Assembly (NCBI GenBank): GCA_951406725.2
Contig: OX597814.1
Span: 203,360,001 to 203,424,000 of the forward strand
Length of the DNA: 64,000 bases
Source of the DNA: Octopus vulgaris
Taxonomy: Eukaryota
Direction: 5' to 3'
In this document: piece by piece, positions 53,501-64,000 of the stretch
Layout: each line of letters opens with the position of its first letter
Position numbering within the stretch: the first letter of the stretch is position 1
Translations under genes and position numbers: made by a program
The notes under the pieces: generated by a model
Seen by the model: only the letters and a program-made list of their open reading frames with translations
Databases searched by the model: none
What the model was told of the DNA's origin: nothing

Positions 53501-54517
53501 TCTGGAACTTGATCTCTGTTGATTTGTATCACTAAATAAAAAAAAAGATACAGAAGACTTGTATATTCTAGAAAGACAGGATGGTCATGGCCAAAATACT
53601 TGATTGTAGGCCTACTTAATCAGTAATGAGAAACATGAACCAATGAGGGACCTAATCACAGCATGGTTGTTTGAACTGCTAAATATAGCAGCTGAATTTC
53701 TCTCAAATCACACCATACCATCTTAAAATAGGAAGGACATATTGTGTTGTGCTTTGAATAATGGATGTAGTAGTTAATGTTGGAATGCCTTTGATCAGAA
53801 GTTGGCTCAATCAAGGCTGACCTGATGTGAAACAACAACAAAATGTTGATGAAGTGAAGCAGGTTGTTTCTCTGCAGTTCTGGATTTCATCATAAAGTGT
53901 AGCACCCTGGCACTTTGGGTATATACCATGTGTGTATATCTCACATATACCACCAATATACAGCATGTATAGACATGCTCAGGATAGGCACAGGCATGGC
54001 TGTCTAGTTAGGACATTCGCTTTGCAATAGTGCTTTCTAGTTCGGGATCACTGCATGGGTTTTTGGGAAATCTTGTGAACCAAGTGTGTGTTGTCATCAT
54101 CATCATTACCATCATCATTTAAAAGCTGTTTTCCATGCTGGCATGAGTTGAATGGTTTGGCAGGAGCTGGCAAATCAGAAAACTGTGCCTAGCTATGCTT
54201 TGGCATGGTTTCTACTTTACCAATGCCAATTACTCTACAGAGTGAACTGGGTTTGTTTTTATGTGGCAACAGTAAGGACATCAACTGTGTGTGTGAGTGT
54301 GTGTATTTCAAATGCATTTAATACATAAATGATAGCTTTCTTCAGTCATTTCACTTATAATATATTCAAATATTAAGTGACTCATGTTTATAATAATCTA
54401 GCCTATCCTTTCTTAGATAATGCAGCACATGTATATGAGTGGAATGTTGATCTAAGCACAAAGTCTGAAATATCTGGTGGTGTGCTACATTGAATTCTAC
54501 TATTGAATATGTACTCA

Positions 54518-54707
54518 CAGTAATCCCTCAACTATCACAGGTGTTACATTCCACCCCCACCCCCACGATAGGTGAAAATCTGCAAAGTATATTTTAAAAA
54601 ATGTTTATAATTTGTATATATTTAATATTATTATAATTGCAAAACAACACCATGGAGGAATTGACATAAGCTTAAATAATAAACTGCGATATGGCGAGGG
54701 ATAACTG
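54518..54707. mobile_element. pogo/Tigger-type MITE
   Basis: TIRs CAGTAATCCCTCAACTATCACAG / CAGTTATCCCTCGCCATATCGCAG, with TA on the right side and CA on the left. Confidence 0.65.
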
Positions 54708-55290
54708 TATATGTGTGTGTGAGTGGGTATGTTTATATGCTTTCTCATAGACACTATCAACCAGCAAATGATAGTGTTTATGTCCCACATTAATTGGTCT
54801 TGTTGTTCATGCAAAGTCATGGAATAAAGTATTTTAATTAAAAGCTAAGTACATGTTGGCATCAGAAAGGGCATCCAGCCATAAAATACAATCTCAACAA
54901 GTCTCATCCAACTCATGCCAGCATGGAAAAGGCAGTCGTTAAAGCAATGATATATAACTTGAAGAAAGAAAAAAAAATATTAGAGAAATGTATCTGATAT
55001 TGAAGACGAATGGCCCTAGTTGGAAGGCTTTCAGCAATCTTACCACACTAACCACACTAACCACAAATATTTCCAACCAACGAGTAATCGTCTATTTCAA
55101 TGCCCATCACCAATTCACTTGTCAGCCACCATCACCACCTTCATACAAGCCATACTTTAAAACATCACTAGTTAAAAATATTGTCATCAAGTTAACATTA
55201 GTAATGCAAGAGCTGTTAAAATTAAGCAAGGTCATCCTCTTTCCTCTGCATGAATGTTCATACTTCCATATATATATGTGTGTGTGTGTG

Positions 55291-55348
<58 letters not shown>

Positions 55349-55461
55349 AATTATATGGTTCCAAATTGGTTATAAAATGTTTCAATGCAATATTTTTACT
55401 TGATAGCTTTTATTGTTAATACAATGTGCATTCTCTGAATTCTTTTCATTTATAACTTCAG

Positions 55462-55590
55462 GAAAAAATCAAAGCAAATGAGGGAAGTACGACGTATGGT
55501 TTGTGATTGCACAATAAACCCTGAAGATAGAGATGCCAACTTGGATGCTTGTGGAGAAGATTGTTTGAACCGGATGCTGATGATAGAATG
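55462..55590 (+). CDS. SETD2: SETD2 AWS-domain exon (RKKSKQMREVRRMVCDCTINPEDRDANLDACGEDCLNRMLMIEC)
   Basis: Acceptor tataacttcag|G and donor TG|gtaaat. 129 nt, phase 2-2, in frame with the giant exon. CxC...ACGEDCLNRMLMIEC is the Set2/SETD2 AWS signature (human ACGEDCLNRLLMIEC, from memory). Too short for the ORF track. Confidence 0.95.
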
Positions 55591-56555
55591 GTAAATACAC
55601 AACTGGTTGACTTAACCTTTCAAAATGTATCAGCATAGAAATTTTTTCCCCCCATCCCTGACATTAAATGATAATTAAAAAAAAAAAATTCAAGCAGGAA
55701 ATTACTACCATATTTGATGGCATATAAGATGTACTTCTTCCCCACCAAATCTCTCAAAAATTGCCCCAGGTCCTATATGTAAAGTTAAGCCGCCCCCCCC
55801 CTAAACTTTAATGCACTAAAACTTTTTTCCTAAAATTATGGCCATAGGTCTTTTATGCCATCAGATATGGTGTGCGTGTGTATATTATTACATAGGTCTA
55901 TCGTCGCTAAAGGTGTAAAATTAAATTTCCTGGATGCTTTTTACTTTTTTTTTGTGTATGGTAGGCTCAGTCCTTTTTTTGTGATATTTTACATATATCA
56001 TTATTATTATCCTTGTTGTTTAAATTTTACCATAGTTTAGTTTTACTTCACATCTTTCAGTAATCAATAAAATTATGTTGCACTTTAGTAAAGGAGTTGA
56101 TTCATTTATGGGCACTCATCTCCAAAAATATGGAACTTTGTTCTTAAAGATTTATAGATGACCACCCTGTAGACGGGTAGGAACTGAAAAGCTTTGGATA
56201 TTTAGACAAAGGGAAATGTAATATTGTGGCATTGCTACTTCTCTCAAAAGTTTTGCAAAATAACTTTGTGTTGAATGAAACCAGGTTACAAACTTAGTCT
56301 TTCAGACGAATGACAATGATTACAGGACTGGGAAATAATAGGTATTGGGAAGAAATATTAATAACAACAATAATGATGATGATTTCTAACATTTGCAGAT
56401 GACAAAATTTTGAGTCTTCAATTAAATCAACTGTAGATAAGTACTTAATTTATTGAACTTTAGAAGGGTGAAAAACCTGTTTTTTTGTGGGATTTGAATC
56501 AGACTAAATACTGTTAAATAGTTCAAAATGTCCAACACTCTTTTGAAATCTATCA

Positions 56556-57365
56556 TCTTCTCTATATATAAAAGGCAGTTTGTCTGTCTGTGTGTCTGTC
56601 AGGTTGTACCCTCACCCTGACCACGGCTTTCAACCGATTCTGATGAAACTTGACACACACATAGCCCAATGTCATAATTGAAAACTAACGCAGCGAAAAT
56701 TTTGAAAAGTTCCCCCAGTTCTGAAAAAAATCAATAAATTCGACATGGGGTCGAGAATCTAAGCTTATCATATGCAACACATTTTCCGTTGTAGTTTTCA
56801 CAACTTGCAATCGATTTTCACCAAACTCATGGTGAAACTTAATGTTACCCTAAGGAACTTAATTCTGACGTTAGTTTTCCAGGCAATACCTTACCATCAG
56901 AAAAAATTGATAAAATCATGCCATTTTGGGAAATCACGTTCAAATTCAAGATGACATATTTTCGACAATATCTTTAACAAATTGGCAGGAATTGTTTTGG
57001 AAATTCACAGCGAGCATCATGTCTGCTCCAAGGAGCTATATGGCCCTTTTGATTCCAATAGGATACGTTATTACTGGAAAAAATCGGTTAATTACATCAT
57101 ATGTGGCACACATAGCAAACCGATTTTTCTGCGATATTTTAAGAACTGGGTGGGGTGTGCTAAACAAAACCAGAAAATACACTTTGACTGTCATACATTT
57201 TCTTCATGCATGCAAGGGAACGGTGCCTTGAATGCTTTAATGCCTTTTAGGCTTCATTTTACAAAATAACAGTTCAATGAGTACAAAAAAGGGTAAAAAG
57301 GTAAAGGGCATTGCTTATCGACAAAGTTTCGTACATACCCAGGCAATGCCGGGCTATGCTGCTAG
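56556..57365 (+). mobile_element. Non-autonomous Helitron (family E)
   Basis: A|TCTTCTCTATATATAAAAGGCAG head, similar to family A, and CCCAGGCAATGCCGGG hairpin followed by TGCTGCTAG|T. Confidence 0.82.
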
Positions 57366-60300
57366 TCAGTACTAATAATAGCCAATTTTTTTATCACTTG
57401 TCAGCAGTACCAGAAACTGGACAACATAAATTACTAGAATCTCAAAAAGATTTTTTTAAAAAATTCAACAAACAGCATAGAAAGCCTTGAATTTTTTGCT
57501 GCAATGTCCTGATAGAATGTCAAAGTTGTTGGCACTGTTAGTTACGCATCTATATATACAACAAGAATTATAGTTTTATTTCTTCCAAAGACATGGAAAT
57601 CTGTTTTCAGAGGAAATGGAAATGTGACAAAATATTTTCATTTCATTAATTGATATTTAATAAAGAAGACTAGTTTCAACCTGTTACCATAGAAACCCTA
57701 TCATTCACTCAGCTTGCAAACTATGAGTAGTGGCTGCATCAGTATTCCAGGCACACATTGGCCCCCATAAAAGTGTTGGCTATTTACTGGTACTGATGGT
57801 TGCAGAGCCAGTTAAGATTATTAAACAATATCTAATTCCCTGCTTTTACTTATGTCTTTCTAATTCTTCTAGGGTCAGTCAGTCTTATTTTAATGATCCT
57901 TCTGACATCAGTTGAATAACTTCTAGTGATTGATTTAATTATTTATATTGTGTTTGTTTGTAAAAAAAGGACTTGTCTCAACAAAAGAATCTGAAATATT
58001 CTTTTAAAATAATGACATAAGTGGGTGATTCTTAATTTTTTTTCCCCACAATTCAAAAAAATTTTAATTTTAGTTTGATAGTGTTTGGTAATTATGAATG
58101 GGTAAGAAAGTAACCTAAAAAAAGTAATATCTTTTATTTTTCCTTATACAGACACATTCCTTTCTCATTAAATTGGGAAAGGTCCTATAAATTTTTCATT
58201 TCATTTTCTTTAAAACTATTCAAAAGGATTATTTTTCTTCCCTTTTATGCTTGCATTGAAACAGAATTTCTTAGAAAATTTCATTTGAGTATATGGTCAA
58301 AAAGTTGATTTGAGGAGGAAAAAGAAACATTATTGTTGCTGGAATATTTAAATTTCTGTGAATGTCTATTTATTTTGGTTGTATGACTTTTTTTAATGAT
58401 TTTGTTATTTTTTAAAAATTATTCGTACATAATATAAGTGAGTGTAGATTTGAATAATTATGGGTATTAGTTGAATGTGCACCAAATGCTGATAAGTTAC
58501 CATTTGTATAGCATTATATTATTAAAGATAATCTTTACAAATACAGAAATACATTTTTTTATTGAAGGCAGTTCTTTGCTCCCTTCAATTTAGAACATTT
58601 TACAGCTATCATTTATGCATAGTATTGGTTTATCAAAAAATTCGTGAGAGAACACAGTATTTCAAAATTTACACCTGCATCTTTTATCCAATATCTTCAC
58701 TCTTGCTGATTTGCTGTTCAACAACAACCAAGAAGGAACAAATGCAGATATCTCACAGCGACAGGAGAAAGGTCTACTTAAATTGTTACCATAAGGTAAT
58801 CTGTTACTGGACAATGTTTTTTTTTTCTATTTTCTGCAGGCAGACGATACATCTTTGTTACACTGCTAAACAGGCCACATCTTGGACATTACATAATGCT
58901 ACAGTTGCATGGCTGGTCTGTTGCGTGCGCTGATCTGGAACCAATGCACATCATGAACAGCTTGAAGGCATTTCCATCTGCAGCTACTGTGGCTGTGCTG
59001 TATCTGAAAAGAACATCTTCATCTTCCTCCGACTAGTGAGTGATAAAAAGATAATGATGACCGAGCATTTAGCTACTATTCTTTTACACAACCGTCTATA
59101 CAAACAATTTCATCAGCTATTGGTGGTGCACATTTAACAAAAACTATTACAAATGCATGCCTTAAAACATGTTTTAAATACAAGCCTTAACTTTTCTGTT
59201 GGTGGGTTATCGAATTGATTGAAACATCTTCATAAAATATTAGCTCTCAATCTATAATCTAATACCGATTACATTCAGATTTCTTTTTGCAATTTCTGTA
59301 ATACTTCAGTTATAATTCTTTGATCCACCATGTCAAAGGTAAAGGCTTGTATTGCTAAGTTTACAAACTAAGGAATAACAAGGATTTTTTTTCTTATCTA
59401 GTTAAAACTTAACACACTGACTTAAATACAGCTACAATGATGTTTTTTTTTTCTTTATTGTATGTCCGTGTGTGTGTTTTTTTTTAATGAATATTATCTA
59501 ATAATATACTTTTGTCTTCAGCTGGATTAGATGACACTGAAAACTGTTAATTACTCCTCTAATTAAAAAGAAAAATCTACTTACACTTAGAAATCTACTT
59601 ACATTTAGAACAGCGTATTACTTTCATACTACAAATAACTTATTATTGTATTACTTATTTTGAATTTTTCATAGTTTTATAGAACCAAGACTGAAAGCTT
59701 GATAAATTATTGAGTGATGATCGTTGATAGCTTTGATCTATTATTCAGATAGAAATCTTACCTCAACCTCTCTTTAGAATTTGTTTTCTACACCACAACA
59801 GATTGTTATTGAAAATTAAGTCTCAACATTACACTTACATCACTAATTAACATCAATAAATGGCAAATACATACATTGTTTGATAGGAAAGTTACTTTGT
59901 ATACACTGAATAGCATTTACCAGCTAGACTACAAGTTGGAATTCCAGAATAACCTCATTTAATACTTAGATAAATGCACTTCTTTCTTTCTGTATCAACA
60001 TCAGGAGGCCGTTTTATCTTTCCTCACACATTATCATATGGTCATTAGATTGTTCATTTTCCATGCTAGCATGGTTTAGATGAATATATAATTGAGGCAT
60101 TGTTTTGCAAGGGGGTACCTTTCCTGTTGCTAACCCTTACCTGTTTTGCAAGTAAAGGATCTCTTATTCCATATGCCTTCAAAGGTGCAAAGCAACAAAC
60201 CATCTGCTAATTGGTTTGTTGACAGGGCAAAATACAATATCACTGCTTATAGTTTTTGATATTTAGAGAAATACAAATGTAAATAAGCTCATGAACACAT

Positions 60301-61269
60301 GCACACATTCGCATACATGCATGTGATGAGCTTCTTTCACTTTCTGTCTGCCAAATTCACTCACATGTAGACAACATTTGTCCAAGGTACTGTGAAACCA
60401 CTTGGAAAGAGAACTTCTTGGACAACATGGTCATGCCTATGGCTTATGGTTGTGTGACCACATTCTGAAATGATACTAAAAACTCCCTGCATGAAGCAGT
60501 CTTAGTTAATCTTTTTGGTGACAGTGATGTTTGTGAAAATGTTCACTAAGCATTTCAGTGTTTTGGAATAAGAACTTAGTTACCATCCCATGTCCCTTCA
60601 CAGTTATTGTTGAAGCTCCATAGCAACCCTAATTAAACAGACATTTCTTCAGAGACTTTTCAGTTATGATCATCCTGACTTTTTTCTCAGACACATCACA
60701 CCTGGGGTCACATTATTCAATGTATTCTTTAGCTACTGTTTTGAGCAAGTCAAAAATCTAGAACTGTCCCTCATTCTTCTTCACAATATTATACTCCCAA
60801 TCCGGAGGATGTGGTGCTTCAGGAAAAATGTGCAAATGCTACTGGGCTTTATTTATCAAGGGCCCGTGTTGGTATATTATGTGAGGTCCAACAAAATTGA
60901 AGTTATGCAGTACCTCTAAACTTGCTGTAGCACACTACATAAGTAAAATATAGATACAGAAAAGCTAATATGGTTCCTTAATTGATAGATTAGGGTTGAT
61001 GATCAGAAAATTCAAGACCCACTTTTTTAATGAAATGCTTGGGATCAGAACTTGAGTATTTGGAATTAATACAGAACTGAAATCAGTAAACTGCATTTTA
61101 ACATATACATTCCTCACTTTTAAATAGGTTGCTACCTAGTGAAAGGCATTTAAAAGTGTGTCCTTTAAGGACCTACTCACATCAGCAAACACCAAGCTTA
61201 GATATATTTTCAATACCTAACCAACCAAAGCATTTTACTTTAGTTTGAACATATTCATGCCATCTCGGG

Positions 61270-64000
61270 AATGTAATTAGTCCCCATTTGAAATGTAATT
61301 TGTCTTTATCTCAGAAATATAGATAGTCCTCATCGCAGAAACACAGTTCTCACCCTAGAATTATAGGTAGTCCACATTTCTCTAAAATAGTCCTTATCTC
61401 ACTAATATAGTTAGTTCTCATTTCTGGAATATAGCGAATCTGTTTCAGAAGCTATAGATGTAATCTTCATCTCAGAAATGTAGTTAGTCATCTTTTTAGA
61501 TATTTTTCCCTTCTCATATGAATATCAGTAGACTTCTCAGAAATATTGTTGTCCTCATTTTAAAAACATCTCAGTAATCTAGATAATATAGTTGTCTTTA
61601 TTTCATAAGTGTATATTTAGTTCTCTCAGCCATATAAGTTTGTCCTTTTCTTAGAAATATAGTTAGTTCACATGTCAGATATACTGTTAGCCCTTCCCTC
61701 AGAAGTATAGTTTGTTTTTCTCTTAGAAATATAGTTATCTATTCTCTTAGAAATATAGTTAGCCATTCTTTCGGAAACTTAGCTGTTCTCTGAAATATAG
61801 CTATTCTTTCTCTCAGAAGTATAATTCTCTTAGCAATACAGTTAGTCCTTTTGTGTGAAATATTGTCAGACCTTCTCTCAGAAATATAGTTACTCCTTCT
61901 CTTAGAAATAGAGTTATTCCTTTCTTTTAGAAATTGAGCTAGTCCTCCTCAGAAATATAATTTGCTCCCGTCTTAGAAATACAGTTAGTCCTTTTGTTAG
62001 AAATATTATCAAACCTTCTCTCAGAAATACAGTTAGTCCTTCTCTCAGAAATACAGTTAGTCCTTCTCTCAGAAATACAGTTAATCCTTCTCTCAGAAAT
62101 ACAGTTAGTCCTTTTCTCAGAAATACAGTTAGTCCTTCTTTTTGAAATATAGTTAGTCCTTTTCTCAGAAATATAGTAAGTCCCTCTCTTAGAAATACAG
62201 TTAGTCCTTCTCTCAGAAATACAGTTAGTCCCTCTGCTAGAAATACAGTAAGTCCTTCTCTCAGTACTACAGTAAGTCCCTCTCTTAGAAATACAGTTAG
62301 TCCTTCTCTCAGAAATACAGTTAGTCCCTCTCTTAGAAATACAGTTAGTCCCTCTGCTAGAAATACAGTAAGTCCTTCTCTCAGAAATACAGTTAGTCCC
62401 TCTCTTAGAAATACAGTTAGTCCCTCTCTTGGAAATACAGTTAGTCCCACTCTTGGAAATACAGTTAGTCCTTCTCTTAGAAATACAGTTAGTCCCTCTC
62501 TTGGAAATACAGTTAGTCCTTCTCTTAGAAATACAGTTAGTACCTCTCTTGGAAATACATTTAGTCCTTCTCTTAAAAATACAGTTAGTCCCTCTCTCAG
62601 AAATACAGTTAGTCCTTCTCTCAGAAATACAGTTAGTCCTTTCCTCAGATATACAGTTAGTCCTTCTCTCAGAAATAGTTAGTCCTTCTCTCAGAAATAC
62701 AGTTAGTCCTTTCCTCAGATATACAGTTAGTCCTTCTCTCAGAAATAGTTAGTCCTTCTCTCAGAAATACAATTCGTCCTACTCTCAGAAATACAGTTAG
62801 TCCCTCTCTTAGAAATACAGTTAGTCCCTCTCTTAGAAATACAGTTAGTCCCTCTCTTAGAAATACAGTTAGTCCTTTTCTCAGAAATACAGATAGTCCT
62901 TCTCTCAGAATACAGTTAGCCCTTCTCTCAGAAATACAGTTAGTCCCTCACTCAGAAATACAGTTAGTCCCTCTGCTAGAAATACAGTAAGTCCTTCTCT
63001 CAGAAATACAATTAGTCCCTCTCTTCGAAATACAGTTAGTCCCTCTCTTGGAAATACAGTTAGTCCTTCTCTTAGAAATACAGTTAGTCCCTCTCTTGGA
63101 AATACAGTTAGTCCCTCTTTCAGAAATACAGTTAGTCCTTCTCTCAGAAATACAGTTAGTCCCTCACTCAGAAATACAGTTAGTCCCTCTGCTTAGAAAT
63201 ACAGTAAGTCCTTCTCTCAGAAATACAATTAGTCCCTCTCTTAGAAATACAGTTAGTCCCTCTCTTGGAAATACAGTTAGTCCTTCTCTTAGAAATACAG
63301 TTAGTCCCTCTCTTGGAAATACAGTTAGTCCTTCTCTTAGAAATACAGTTAGTCCTTCTCTTGGAAATACAGTTAGTCCTTCTCTCAGAAATACAGTTAG
63401 TCCTCTCAGAAATACAGTTTGTCCTACTCTCAGAAATACAGTTAGTCCCTCTCTTAGAAATACAGTGAGTCCCTCTCTTAGAAATACAGTTAGTCCTTCT
63501 TTTTGAAATATAGTTAGTCCTTTTCTCAGAAATATAGTAAGTCCTTCTCTTAGAAATACAGTTAGTCCTTCTCTCAGAAATACAGTTAGTCCCTCTGCTA
63601 GAAATACAGTAAGTCCTTCTCTCAGTACTACAGTAAGTCCCTCTCTTAGAAATTCAGTTAGTCCTTCTCTTAGAAATACAGTTAGTCCCTCACTCAGAAA
63701 TACAGTTAGTCCCTCTGCTAGAAATACAGTAAGTCCTTCTCTCAGAAATACAGTTAGTCCCTCTCTTAGAAATACAGTTAGTCCCTCTCTTGGAAATACA
63801 GTTAGTCCTTCTCTTAGAAATACAGTTAGTCCCTCTCTTGGAAATACAGTTAGTCCTTCTCTTAGAAATACAGTTAGTCCCTCTCTTGGAAATACAGTTA
63901 GTCCTTCTCTTAGAAATACAGTTAGTCCTTTCCTCAGATATACAGTTAGTCCCTCTCTTAGAAATACAGTTAGTCCCTCTCTTAGAAATACAGTTAGTCC
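61270..64000. repeat. 24-bp satellite/minisatellite (AGAAATACAGTTAGTCC[T/C]TCTCT[C/T])n running off the window end
   Basis: About 80 well-conserved units from ~62000, with progressively degenerate units back to ~61270. Confidence 0.97.

Noticed and set aside
61914-63506. ORFs of repeated octapeptides (LREGLTVF)n, (EIQLVLLL)n and (RNTVSPSL)n, and a superficial CRISPR resemblance
   Set aside because: These follow from a 24-bp unit that lacks stops in some frames. Frames are broken by indels, and there are no unique spacers or cas genes.

Overview
AT-rich, microsatellite- and repeat-dense animal genomic DNA. It is most likely a coleoid cephalopod (Octopus-like), inferred from the tRNA-headed SINE families and repeat landscape and not verified. 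The main gene is the 5' half of SETD2 (H3K36 trimethyltransferase) on the + strand. It has a probable first coding exon at 23487-23551 inside a CpG-rich promoter zone, a 6.76-kb exon at 37226-43984 and the AWS-domain exon at 55462-55590. All three join in phase 2. The SET/WW/SRI exons were not found and should lie beyond the window. The rest is mostly SINEs, decayed LINEs, non-autonomous Helitrons, piggyBac- and pogo-type MITEs, a full-length dead mariner and a 24-bp satellite. Nearly all short ORFs in the track are repeat artefacts. I see no clearly new biological system. The best leads are: a 4.7-kb composite Helitron array inserted at one A|T site; two unrelated 'foldback plus tail' elements inserted in TA runs; a ~280-bp near-perfect intronic hairpin; a candidate poison exon just before the SET domain; and exon-like segments upstream of the SETD2 promoter. 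Coordinates were counted by hand and may be off by a few bases.
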